Positions 1 to 8,621 of a stretch of 64,000 nt of DNA are shown here, one piece after another. The DNA lies in NCBI GenBank assembly GCA_020434585.1, contig JAGRAN010000032.1, positions 11,013 to 75,012 on the forward strand, in the 5' to 3' direction. The position numbers and the translations under genes are program-made. How positions within the stretch are numbered: the stretch's first letter is position 1; every line of letters starts with the position of its first letter. Source of the DNA: Bdellovibrionales bacterium (lineage in GTDB: Bacteria; Bdellovibrionota_C; UBA2361; SZUA-149; JAGRAN01). Below the pieces are notes generated by a model. The model was given only the letters and a program-made list of their open reading frames with translations. It was not told the origin of the DNA and did not search any database.

Positions 1-15
1 AATACCTCAAAACCA

Positions 16-65
16 GGACGGGAGGCTTCTAACCCCAAAGTTCTCCCGTCCATTTCAATTTTTTG
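16..65 (+). terminator. weak terminator-like hairpin
   Basis: 9-bp inverted repeat GGACGGGAG (16-24) / CTCCCGTCC (43-51), followed by ATTTCAATTTTTT. The loop is long (18 nt), so support is weak. Confidence 0.3.
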
Positions 66-182
66 TGAAGGTGATTTTGTTTGCTAACGATTTTCCAACG
101 CGAGCGTGCCTCCTGGGCGACGGCTACATGGACAGTAAGCCTGTAATGATAGTGTCAGTCGACCAGGGGGCCTTTTTCCACA

Positions 183-371
183 TTAATTGCACACCTGCTG
201 CTTGACTAATTTCTCTAGTCGCGCAATTGTTGCAGTGCCGCGTTGGAGCTTCGGCTCCTTGAAATTAGTCCTTCGCTGCACATTTTCTTTGCAGCAAATT
301 CCGACAACATATTTTCTGTGTTTCGTGCACGGCTTTGCCGTTTTTTCGGCTAAGCCGTGACGACGAGTCAT
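183..371 (-). CDS. small basic hypothetical protein (62 aa), doubtful
   Basis: ORF-track entry only. It is Lys/Arg-rich with a C-x2-H...CC pattern, has no convincing RBS, and matches no family I recognise. Confidence 0.2.
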   Translation of the reverse strand: MTRRHGLAEKTAKPCTKHRKYVVGICCKENVQRRTNFKEPKLQRGTATIARLEKLVKQQVCN

Positions 372-531
372 GGTTTTATTCTCGTTTCTTCACAGCTTTA
401 GAAAGGGCGTCCGCTGCAGTGATGCATAGCATTACTTCGGCGGGCGTACCTTTTGGCAATGGGCTATGAGGAATCCTGCGCTCTTTAACCCTGACCTGAA
501 CGATTCAGGTCAGACAGCAGAAAGGCTTGCA

Positions 532-1257
532 ATGTATCGGATCACGGCAATCTTGGTGCTTCTGGGGGCCATGTTCACCATGGTGCTCAGCGGCTGTGCG
601 TCTCACGAGGTTACGATCGAAGCGGACGGGCCGTTCGGCATCCATCTCCGCTTCACCTTCACCCCGATTCCGACGTGCGGCGAAGGTGCGAGTCCCATCG
701 GCTGGACCAAGCACGAGGGCAAGTGGTACCAGGTGTACGACACCGATGGCGACGGAATCGGCGACTGCGTGGTTGGTCCCGATGGTCAGGCCTACGCGAT
801 CAAGGTGCTCGAGGGGGATCCGGCTTCGCTGCCGATCTACCCGACCAAGCACTACATCAGCGGTCTGATCAACGTCGATACCCGGATGATCGAGCGCGCG
901 CATGAACCCGGCTGGTATGCCGGCCTGATCGCGCAAAACGGCATCGACATCCTCGAGTTCGATCCGTCGAGCACCTTCATCGACATCCAGATCGGTTTCG
1001 CTCCGGGCACGGTTCTGCGCGCGCCGGGCGAGTACGGACTCGATGCCGGCACCGAACTCGTTGCCGTCGGAGGCGACGCTGTTCAGCTCTACCGCTTCCA
1101 GGGTCAGGCCGCTGATGTCTACTGGATGCTGCGTGACAGTCTCGGCTTCGAGGACGTCACGCTCCAGACCGAGCACGGTCCGTTCCACTTCGACGGTGGC
1201 GTGGACGAGGTTGCCTTCTCCTGGCACGAGGCAACCCTCGCCGTGGAACGCCGCTAG
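532..1257 (+). CDS. hypothetical lipoprotein (GC-rich island A)
   Basis: The internal ATG at 532 gives MYRITAILVLLGAMFTMVLSGC, a signal peptide plus lipobox (LSGC). Codons are strongly GC3-rich. The opposite-strand ORF 505..1425 is judged a shadow ORF. Confidence 0.6.
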   Translation: MYRITAILVLLGAMFTMVLSGCASHEVTIEADGPFGIHLRFTFTPIPTCGEGASPIGWTKHEGKWYQVYDTDGDGIGDCVVGPDGQAYAIKVLEGDPASLPIYPTKHYISGLINVDTRMIERAHEPGWYAGLIAQNGIDILEFDPSSTFIDIQIGFAPGTVLRAPGEYGLDAGTELVAVGGDAVQLYRFQGQAADVYWMLRDSLGFEDVTLQTEHGPFHFDGGVDEVAFSWHEATLAVERR

Positions 1258-1264
1258 CAGCACC

Positions 1265-2011
1265 ATGCTTCGTCGCATGATGTTGCTGAGCGTGTGGGGG
1301 GTGCTGCTGCTTGCAGCGGCACCCCCCAGCTGTCGCAGCGCTGAGCAACAGGCTCTGCAACAGTTTGATGCAGTCACGTTTGAGCCGCTGTCCGATGAAA
1401 AGTGCCTAGGAATTGAGCGCCTCAAGCGTAGTGTCCTGAGGGTGTGGAAAAGTGACGGCGTATTCAGCGCAGTCTGTCTTGGCGAGTTCGAGCTCCTAGC
1501 CGCAGGCCACTCGCTCCGCGGTTTGGAGGTGCCAACTGAGCTCTACGTTGCACAGGTCATTTCCTATCCCGACGACGTTGCAGCAGGGTCCGTGATGCTT
1601 GACCAGGTGAGAGTTGGTCCCGAGGACGGCGAGCGTTCGTCCGATTGGGGATACGTGCGAACCGCCAAGCCGCTGGACGCACTTCCCGCAAGGATCAACA
1701 CCGAGCTTCATCTTGTTTCAGGTCAAGAAGTGGTGCTAGTAGGCTATCCGATGGCTCACGATGGTCACGCGCTTCACTCTGTGTCTGTTGTTCGGGCGAG
1801 AGTGAGCGATGATCGGGGTTCGGTGCTCACACTAGTCGGCCCCAAAGAGTGGCGGCATCCGTTGTCCGGTTTGTCCGGCGGAGCTGCGGCATTCTGGGAT
1901 GAATCGCTTGGGGATTACGTTGTCTTCGGGGCATTTTCCGCAACCCGCTGCTCAGAAGCACTCGATGACTGCGTGTATCTTGTAGTTCGTCCGCCTGTTC
2001 CGTTTGACTGA
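1265..2011 (+). CDS. secreted trypsin-like (S1-fold) peptidase-like protein
   Basis: The ATG at 1265 gives MLRRMMLLSVWGVLLLAAAPPSC, a signal peptide. LLAAGHSL resembles the catalytic-His TAAHC context. LSGLSGGAAAF resembles GDSGG but with Asp replaced by Leu. The ORF-track N-terminus (1043-1264) overlaps the previous gene and is rejected. Confidence 0.45.
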   Translation: MLRRMMLLSVWGVLLLAAAPPSCRSAEQQALQQFDAVTFEPLSDEKCLGIERLKRSVLRVWKSDGVFSAVCLGEFELLAAGHSLRGLEVPTELYVAQVISYPDDVAAGSVMLDQVRVGPEDGERSSDWGYVRTAKPLDALPARINTELHLVSGQEVVLVGYPMAHDGHALHSVSVVRARVSDDRGSVLTLVGPKEWRHPLSGLSGGAAAFWDESLGDYVVFGAFSATRCSEALDDCVYLVVRPPVPFD

Positions 2012-2063
2012 AGCTGCAGGCACAACTCTCTCCCCTCCGAGTCCTGGAGTAATCCAGGGCGGC

Positions 2064-2103
2064 CCCCTCCTTCCGCAAGGAAGGAGGGGTGCTTATTTTC
2101 TTA
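2064..2103 (+). terminator. rho-independent terminator
   Basis: Perfect 11-bp stem CCCCTCCTTCC (2064-2074) / GGAAGGAGGGG (2079-2089) with a GCAA loop, then TGCTTATTTTCTT. It sits 53 nt after the stop at 2011. Confidence 0.65.
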
Positions 2104-2205
2104 GCGTTTGTTCTCGTCGTCACGGACTTAATCATCTATGGCCCGTATTTGTTTCCTCGCTGATTCAGATTATAACCTTAGCGACTGAAGAACGGAGATA
2201 CTTAT

Positions 2206-2604
2206 ATGAATAAAGAATTAAAGATTGAAGCTGTGATGCACCCGTTCCCGCACACTGTCGGTGCCGATCAATCATTGCAGATTGCAAGAGATTTAATGAG
2301 TGAGCATGAAGTGCGACACTTGCCGGTTCAGAAGGCCGGTAAACTAATCGGAGTAATTAGCGATCGCGACATCAACTTTGCGCTCGCCGTCGATAAGACG
2401 GAGGCCGAGGATGAACACGTAGAAGATGCGTTTACCGAGGAGCCATATGTGGTTGAGCCAACGGAGCCGGTATATCGTGTCGCACGTCGAATGGCAGCAG
2501 ATCATATTGGCTGCGCGTTGGTAGCGAAGGGTGAGAGCCTAGTTGGAATCTTCACTACAGTTGATGCTTGCAGAACTCTGGCGGATCAATTGTCTGGAGA
2601 GTAG
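2206..2604 (+). CDS. CBS-domain pair protein
   Basis: Typical CBS strings are present: HPFPHTVGADQSLQIARDLMSEHEVRHLPV, GKLIGVISDRDI, and a second half ending GCALVAKGESLVGIFTTVD. A GGAG RBS lies upstream. Confidence 0.85.
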   Translation: MNKELKIEAVMHPFPHTVGADQSLQIARDLMSEHEVRHLPVQKAGKLIGVISDRDINFALAVDKTEAEDEHVEDAFTEEPYVVEPTEPVYRVARRMAADHIGCALVAKGESLVGIFTTVDACRTLADQLSGE

Positions 2605-2637
2605 GCAGTAAGATAGCACTGGTCGGTCGTCGAAAAG

Positions 2638-4356
2638 CTATGACAACAGACCTCGCAATAAAGCGTTTGCGCCGACTCTAAGGTTCCGGAGTGAGTATCC
2701 GCCTTCCTGCACAATAAGCAGCGGTACGCCAACGGACGAGAACATTTGGCCTATGCTGCGCATTCCGTCACGGCTAATGTCGAAAGTGCCGGTCGGGTCG
2801 CCGCTCATGATGTCGTAGCCGAGCGACAAAACAAAATACTTAGGCTTAAATTTAGCGATGGAACGCAGCGCAGCCTGGAGCGTTTTTAAATAAAGCGCGT
2901 CGTCCACGGGAGGAAACAACGGGTAGTTCCGGTTGTATCCTTGACCTGGGCCTTTTCCAGTTTCGTCCTCAAAGCCGCAAAAATAAGGATAGGCTTGCCT
3001 CGGGTTTCCATGAATCGAAACTACGTAAACATCTTTGCGTTCGTAGAAAATATTTTGAGAGCCGTTGCCGTGATGGTAGTCGATATCAAGCAGTGCAACC
3101 TTGGCGTCCTTAGACAGATACTCTGCAGCTACTGCGGCGTTGTTGAAGTAGCAAAATCCACCAAATGCGCTCTTTTCTGCATGGTGACCTGGTGGTCGGC
3201 ATAATACATAGCAGCGCTGTGAGCCGTTCTTGATTAAGGATGCTCCAGTTAGTGCAGCGTCTACTGCGAGTCGCGCAGCTTTGTAGGCATTTCGAGTTAC
3301 AGGCGTAAAGGTGTCCAGACAGAAATATCCAGCTCGCATTTCCCAAGTGCGCGGAAGCCGGCGCTGCTGACGCAGAGGAAATACATTTGGGTAAACGAGT
3401 CGATCCGGAGAGAGTTCGTCCTGCGCTTCTCGAAGGAAGTGCACCAGCTTTTTATCGTGAATCGCAGTTATGTATTTTTCGCCAAAGTGACGCAGCGGAT
3501 GCTCCTTGTACGAGATATCGTGCAGCCCGCGCAAGATGGCACTAACTCTTGCAGGCCTCTCAACATACCCGCGCTCTTTTAAGTGATGTATCTGATGAGA
3601 ATCACCGGAGCAAACGATGTCAATTGAGAGCCGAGTGGGGGCTTTTGCCTTCCGATTTTTTAACCCGGAATATAGCGGGGGCCGAAGCTGAATAGGGTCG
3701 TCTTTCACAGACTTGACGATCGCTCGAAGTGTTGGGTCGCTGCTGGGCATCTGTGCCTTTGCGCCAAGTATGCAAGAGATCGTCGCCTGCACTTCCGCCC
3801 GAGACGGGTTTTTACCTTGGTCGAGCGAATCGTAAACCAAAAACGTAACGTAGCCTTGGTTTCCCTTATGCGCTTTTTTTTCGTAAGCGGTGTTAACTAT
3901 CGGACGCGCGCCAAAGCGTTCATAAAATTCCAGCCGCCGCTTGTTCATGGCGAGACGCTCGGGTTCTTTTAATAGCTCCGGAGCGTCAGGTGGCACGTCC
4001 ATGAAGATGCCGATACAAGGTTTGCGCCGAAAGTGTTCGCGAGTGGCTTCGTAAACCGCCGCGCCGTAACCCCGCTTCTTCCTAGCAGGGTCAGCAGCAA
4101 GGTAATCGAGGTAGGCGGCTTTGGCCTCCGGAAAGTAAAACGATAGACTGAATCCTAGTATTCGTTCTTTTGGCCCTTCTGCTACGAGCAGTACTGGTTC
4201 GAAGGTCTTAGAGTCCGGTTCTCGAAACAAGTCGGCAATCTTGGCGGCGTACTCGGGATAGTAGGAAAACGCACGACGGTAAATGCGAAGAACCGCTGCG
4301 AACAGCTTTTGTTCTTCGCGACGAATTGGGCTGTAAATTTGGCGAATTCTAAACAT
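2638..4356 (-). CDS. fusion protein: N-terminal GNAT acetyltransferase + C-terminal histone-deacetylase-family (HDAC/AcuC/AphA-type) amidohydrolase
   Basis: GNAT motif A is ARKKRGYGAAVYE, with a downstream FYERFGARPI. HDAC motifs are RPPGHHAEKSAFGGFCYFNNAA, LLDIDYHHGNGSQ and QEGGYS. Both halves lie in one uninterrupted 572-aa ORF. Confidence 0.85.
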   Translation of the reverse strand: MFRIRQIYSPIRREEQKLFAAVLRIYRRAFSYYPEYAAKIADLFREPDSKTFEPVLLVAEGPKERILGFSLSFYFPEAKAAYLDYLAADPARKKRGYGAAVYEATREHFRRKPCIGIFMDVPPDAPELLKEPERLAMNKRRLEFYERFGARPIVNTAYEKKAHKGNQGYVTFLVYDSLDQGKNPSRAEVQATISCILGAKAQMPSSDPTLRAIVKSVKDDPIQLRPPLYSGLKNRKAKAPTRLSIDIVCSGDSHQIHHLKERGYVERPARVSAILRGLHDISYKEHPLRHFGEKYITAIHDKKLVHFLREAQDELSPDRLVYPNVFPLRQQRRLPRTWEMRAGYFCLDTFTPVTRNAYKAARLAVDAALTGASLIKNGSQRCYVLCRPPGHHAEKSAFGGFCYFNNAAVAAEYLSKDAKVALLDIDYHHGNGSQNIFYERKDVYVVSIHGNPRQAYPYFCGFEDETGKGPGQGYNRNYPLFPPVDDALYLKTLQAALRSIAKFKPKYFVLSLGYDIMSGDPTGTFDISRDGMRSIGQMFSSVGVPLLIVQEGGYSLRNLRVGANALLRGLLS

Positions 4357-4512
4357 GAATGTCAGCCGCGGCTAAACACGGTTTTACGATTACAACAGTT
4401 GTATAAAGTTCCAAGCTTCGGTGCAAGGAGATCGACTGAAAGGAGTCCAAATGGTTGGCGGACCGGGAGAGTGTTTTTGCTAATCTAACCTCACTTGGTT
4501 TGTCCGCCATAA

Positions 4513-4546
4513 AGCGCTGCAGTCCGGTTTCCCGAACTGCAGCGGC
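4513..4546 (-). terminator. terminator-like hairpin downstream of the 4558 gene
   Basis: 9-bp stem CGCTGCAGT (4515-4523) / ACTGCAGCG (4536-4544) with a 12-nt loop. The T-tract on the minus strand is weak (CTTTATGG). Confidence 0.35.
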
Positions 4547-4557
4547 TTCATTCTGAC

Positions 4558-5067
4558 TTACTTATCCGGCTTCTCTCCGACCTCGGGAACTTCGGCGTCG
4601 AAGCGGCTGCGCGCAGCTTCATTCTCGGCCTGGTTCTCGAGCTGCATGCGCCGCGCCTTCTCCTCGAGGGATTCGGTCTCGACGCTGCGATGCTCGATCG
4701 AATCGGCGTTCTCGATCAGACTGCGAAGTCGCTGTTCGCGCTCTTCGACGATCGGGCTCGAGATGTCCGTCTGCCGACGAGTGACGATCTCCCACTGGGT
4801 GAGCATGATGGCGCCCAGCCACAGCAGCAGCATCGCTACGACGCTGACGATCGGGAACCCAGGTACCTTTACCGCCGCTTTCGCGCCGGAGTCGTCATCG
4901 GCCAAGCGCTCCTGGGCACGCAGCGCGTCGTAGCGCCGCTTGAAGTACCCGAAGATGCGTACCTTGACGAAGTACCAAGTGACGATCACCAGGACTGCGA
5001 ACAGTCCGATCTTGATCCAGGAGTAGGTGAGGAACTCCAGGATCGACGAATCGTTCATCATGTTCAT
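4558..5067 (-). CDS. two-TM membrane protein with acidic coiled-coil tail (GC-rich island B)
   Basis: Hydrophobic segments are IKIGLFAVLVIVTWYFV and FPIVSVVAMLLLWLGAIML. The C-terminus is E/R/A-rich. Codons are GC3-rich. It lies 36 nt downstream of the SPFH gene on the same strand. Confidence 0.6.
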   Translation of the reverse strand: MNMMNDSSILEFLTYSWIKIGLFAVLVIVTWYFVKVRIFGYFKRRYDALRAQERLADDDSGAKAAVKVPGFPIVSVVAMLLLWLGAIMLTQWEIVTRRQTDISSPIVEEREQRLRSLIENADSIEHRSVETESLEEKARRMQLENQAENEAARSRFDAEVPEVGEKPDK

Positions 5068-5103
5068 GATGCTCCCTTCTGATGTTGCGAAGACAGGCGG
5101 GCC

Positions 5104-6063
5104 TTACTTGCCCTCCTGCTGCTGGGTGGCGGCGGGCTCCGGCTGGAACGCGTTGTTCGTGATGCCCATCAGCATCGCCGGGTTCTTAAGCGCTTCGTCG
5201 TCGATGATGAACACCTTGTTCGGCGAGGCCGCGAGGGTCTCCATCACCTTGATCATGCGCTGCGTGACGAACGCGGGAGTGACTCCCTCAGCCAGCTTCT
5301 GGTTGACCAGAACCTGGGTTTCGGCCTCGACGAGGTCGACCTCCTGCTGCTTACGCGCGACCTCTAGGGCGGCGTCGGCCTCCGTCAGCTTCACGAGCTT
5401 GTCGGCCTCGGCTTCCTTGATCTCGATCTCGCGCTTCTTCGCCGCCTCCTGGGCATCGATGATGACCTGGGGCGGGTCGACATTCGCCAGAGCGAGCACG
5501 GTCGCATCGATCGGCGTCTCGGCGAGCTTCGCCTGTACCGCTGCGTGAATCTCTTGCGAGACCGCGTCGAGGTTCGAAAGCACGTGCTCGATCGTGTAGT
5601 GCGTGATCACGTGTCGCGCCGTGGTCCGCACGATCTGCTGGGCGTAGGTCTCGTACACCTTCTCGAACGAGATCTGGTGAATGCGGGCGTCGTTGGTCGA
5701 AGCCGCCTCCAGTCGATCGAAGATGATGTTGACCCGTTCCTCCGCCCCCGAGATGGAGAACGTTCCGCGCACGTCGAAGGCCAGCTTGAGCTGATCCTCC
5801 GGCATGAACACGGTCATCGGCTCTTCCACCATGTTGTCAGACACGGCGGTGAGAACGAGGTGCGCCGGCGCCATCGGGTTGACCGGCAGACGGAAGGTGG
5901 ACGGCTGTTTAAGCTCGTCCTGAAAACCTTGAGAGGTTTTCACCTTGCCGACGTGCGCGGTCGGGACCTCGACCTGCTTGCCGCAGCCGGTCAGGGCGAT
6001 CGCACCTACCAGGGCACACAGGACGGCGCTGCCACGAACGAATGAAGAACGCTTGTTTCGCAT
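5104..6063 (-). CDS. SPFH/Band-7 (prohibitin/HflC-like) domain lipoprotein
   Basis: The ATG at 6063 is preceded by AAGGAG. The lipobox is ALVGAIALTGC. The core is SPFH-like, followed by an alanine/glutamate-rich helix (AQEAAKKREIEIKEAEADKLVKLTEADAALEVARKQQE). Confidence 0.75.
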   Translation of the reverse strand: MRNKRSSFVRGSAVLCALVGAIALTGCGKQVEVPTAHVGKVKTSQGFQDELKQPSTFRLPVNPMAPAHLVLTAVSDNMVEEPMTVFMPEDQLKLAFDVRGTFSISGAEERVNIIFDRLEAASTNDARIHQISFEKVYETYAQQIVRTTARHVITHYTIEHVLSNLDAVSQEIHAAVQAKLAETPIDATVLALANVDPPQVIIDAQEAAKKREIEIKEAEADKLVKLTEADAALEVARKQQEVDLVEAETQVLVNQKLAEGVTPAFVTQRMIKVMETLAASPNKVFIIDDEALKNPAMLMGITNNAFQPEPAATQQQEGK

Positions 6064-6561
6064 CGATTGCTCCTTGTTTGGACTTGCGAAAAACGAACGC
6101 ACCAAGAGGATACGCACCTCCAGGCACGGGAACCTTCAGGGACTAGAATGTCCACAAGTACACTCTCCCGGTTCCGTAAGTGTGCTTACGCGAACGGGTA
6201 CCGTTTCCCGTTAAGAGAAAGAACAAAATGCAAAATGTGAGTACGCAACGACCGGCAGGTGCGAGCCCGGTGGTTAACAAGCATTCATTTGCCGTTGCTA
6301 GGTGCGTCGGGAGGAACGGCTGACACAGTTGAGCGGAGTTTGTTCGCGCCCAGCTGAAAGGGATGTGTTGAGTTTAAGTATCGGAAATAGGCAATTCTTA
6401 ATCAAGGGGCTTGGTAAAATAATTTTAACAACCAAGCTTTGAAGATAGTGTTCAATAAGATAACGACAAAACTATAGTTTCGTTTGAGTCGTAGACATTG
6501 TATGGGATAGAAGCGACTACATAAGCGTTGCGGCGCAGCATAGCAGCTTAGAGTTAATTTT

Positions 6562-7323
6562 ATGATCAACGGTAAAACCATCGCGGTGGTTCTGCCCGCA
6601 TACAACGCGGAACAGAGCCTAAAACAGACCTTCGATGAGATCCCCAAAGATGTCATTGATATCGTTCTTTTGGTTGACGATTGCAGCAGTGATCAGACTG
6701 TCGAAGTTGCGAAATCCCTTGGAATAGCAACAATTCGTCACGAGCAGAATAAAGGCTACGGTGGTAATCAGAAAACGTGCTATCGAGAAGCAATCCGGCG
6801 TGGAGCCGATATAGTTGTCATGCTTCACCCGGACTACCAGTATTCGCCGAAACTACTAACGCCAATATCCGCTATGCTTGCCTACGGGGAATACGATGTG
6901 GCTCTGGGGTCTCGCATCTTGGCTCAAAGTGCAACGAAGCGAGGCATGCCTTACTACAAATATTTCTCAAATCGTGTGCTTACATTTCTTCAAAACATTG
7001 CGCTTGAAAGCAAACTCTCGGAATTTCATACAGGCTACAGGGCGTTCACCAGGCAAGTTCTTGAAACTCTTCCTCTTGAGGAAAATTCGGACGATTTCGT
7101 TTTCGATAACGAAATGCTGGCGCAAATCATTTGGTTCAATTTTCGGATCGGAGAAGTAAGTTGTCCTACCAGATACGCCGCGGAAAGCTCTTCAATCAGT
7201 TTTAAACGTAGCGTTGTGTACGGACTAGGGGTGCTTCGCGTAAGCGCTAGCTATCTGCTTCAAAAATACTGCTCAATGCAGTTCTCAATCTTTAGTGCGG
7301 AAGGAAAAAAACTCACTAAGTGA
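6562..7323 (+). CDS. family-2 glycosyltransferase (dolichyl/polyprenyl-phosphate sugar synthase-like)
   Basis: VVLPAYNAEQSL...LLVDDCSSDQT...NKGYGGNQKT...DIVVMLHPDYQY is a typical GT2 N-terminal fold with DxD-type motifs. Confidence 0.85.
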   Translation: MINGKTIAVVLPAYNAEQSLKQTFDEIPKDVIDIVLLVDDCSSDQTVEVAKSLGIATIRHEQNKGYGGNQKTCYREAIRRGADIVVMLHPDYQYSPKLLTPISAMLAYGEYDVALGSRILAQSATKRGMPYYKYFSNRVLTFLQNIALESKLSEFHTGYRAFTRQVLETLPLEENSDDFVFDNEMLAQIIWFNFRIGEVSCPTRYAAESSSISFKRSVVYGLGVLRVSASYLLQKYCSMQFSIFSAEGKKLTK

Positions 7324-7331
7324 TCTGGCTG

Positions 7332-8420
7332 TTATTGGGGAGAATTGTCGTTTGTGGCGACCTGTGTACTTCCTGGGGTTGATGAAAGCGGATCGTTTGA
7401 GCCAGGTCTGATATCTACTCTACTTTTAAATAGCTCGCGAATTCTCAGTTCCCCCGGAATAAGCTGCTCGCGTGCTAGCCAATAGTAAATTTCTTCAGCC
7501 GCAATCCGATGTCCGATTTCGTTAGGATGAAAATCGGTACCGACAATCGTCTGCATTCGGTCCAGGGGGAGTCCGAAGTACGCGGAGAGCAAGTCCAGCG
7601 TAAGAATATTTAGCTGTCTTAAAACTTGCTGCACCTTTGTATGAAGTTCGGTGAAGGGATAATTCTTGTCGAGCGGCATTCCGAAGAGGGGAAATATAAC
7701 TGCCACAACTTTGGCGCCATTGGTGGAGCCAATATCCGCGATAGATTTGAGTGCTCCGGTAAATTCGGCCCAATTCTTCTGATCGTCGAACAGTTTGTAG
7801 TAGTAATCGACGTAGGCTTGTCTTGTTTGATGATTGTGAATTCTCGTGGCGACGAAGTTTGCGAGTTTTGAATGTGACAATAGTCCTGTGCCTGTATCGC
7901 CAGAGCCCAGCTTAAAAGGATTAGTTCCACCTTTCCAAAGTCCGTGGGGTCTGAAAGGTTTGCGCTCTGGATCGTTTAAAGTAATTTCGACGATAATTAA
8001 ATCGGCACCGTCACGTTCGGCCGCGAACTTTGCACTTCTTATTTCGTGCATAGTTGAGTATCCGGGGACTCCGTAATTAAAAACTTCAGCGCGAATCGGG
8101 CTAACATTCAAATTAAGCATGCGTTCGAGTCTTTTGGGGAATGCGTCGTCGAATTGCATGTTTGGAGCGAAGGTAAACGAATCGCCGAGCACAGCTATGC
8201 GAAAAACACTGCCATCAGTATTCTTCGGTTCGATCGGATAGTCTTGGAAGAACTTCGACGCTTCGGGTTTGTAATATGCCTGCGGCCGGTCGTTTTTTAA
8301 GGTAGGAGTTCCGTCGTCGAAGGACCAAAAAGCGGCTTCGACAAGGCCGAGCACGACAAAAATAGACGCTGTGCACAAACTGATTGCGACAAGGCCGGAT
8401 TTTAAGGCTGAGTAAATCAC
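7332..8420 (-). CDS. membrane-anchored SGNH/GDSL hydrolase (paralogue 1)
   Basis: GTG start. N-terminal TM is LVAISLCTASIFVVLGLV. Block I is IAVLGDSFTF, a mid block is NYGVPGYS, then EITLNDPE, and block V is DFHPNEIGH. Confidence 0.75.
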   Translation of the reverse strand: MIYSALKSGLVAISLCTASIFVVLGLVEAAFWSFDDGTPTLKNDRPQAYYKPEASKFFQDYPIEPKNTDGSVFRIAVLGDSFTFAPNMQFDDAFPKRLERMLNLNVSPIRAEVFNYGVPGYSTMHEIRSAKFAAERDGADLIIVEITLNDPERKPFRPHGLWKGGTNPFKLGSGDTGTGLLSHSKLANFVATRIHNHQTRQAYVDYYYKLFDDQKNWAEFTGALKSIADIGSTNGAKVVAVIFPLFGMPLDKNYPFTELHTKVQQVLRQLNILTLDLLSAYFGLPLDRMQTIVGTDFHPNEIGHRIAAEEIYYWLAREQLIPGELRIRELFKSRVDIRPGSNDPLSSTPGSTQVATNDNSPQ

Positions 8421-8621
8421 TAAACTAACACTGGTTTTTGGATGATTCCGCGCCGGTTGTTAGCCCCGGCTACCAGCGCGCGATTATATGATGAAGGGCG
8501 AATGTTTTCCAGGCCAATCCAAATTACGTCGCACAGGCAAGTTTATTGTGAATCCTGTAGCTACAGTCTGTCTATGCGCGTATAAGATACGAGAGCTTGA
8601 ACTTAGTATTGGACTGGAGCG

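Noticed and set aside
328-358. Inverted repeat CACGGCTT...AAGCCGTG with the T-run inside the loop
   Set aside because: The T-tract lies in the loop rather than after the stem, and the element sits inside a doubtful small ORF. It is not a credible terminator.
505-1425. 306-aa minus-strand ORF, plus several 60-113-aa ORFs overlapping 466..2011, and the 1043-1264 N-terminal extension of ORF 1043..2011
   Set aside because: They are Arg/Ala/Ser/Gly-rich, lack a signal or any family motif, and lie antisense to or out of frame with a lipobox-bearing gene. This is the expected shadow-ORF artefact of high GC3. The protease-like gene has a good signal peptide starting at ATG 1265.
4619-6045. Multiple 67-173-aa ORFs on both strands over the SPFH island (for example 5027..5548+ and 5545..6045+)
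   Set aside because: They are shadow ORFs of GC-rich coding sequence. The two minus-strand genes have an RBS, a lipobox, TM segments and SPFH motifs.
4357-6240. Signs of mobile-element insertion at the GC-island borders (direct repeats, att-like sites, integrase or transposase genes)
   Set aside because: Only an 8-nt shared string (GTTTCCCG at 4527-4534 and 6202-6209) was found. There are no recombinase genes, tRNA targets or inverted terminal repeats at any of the four islands.
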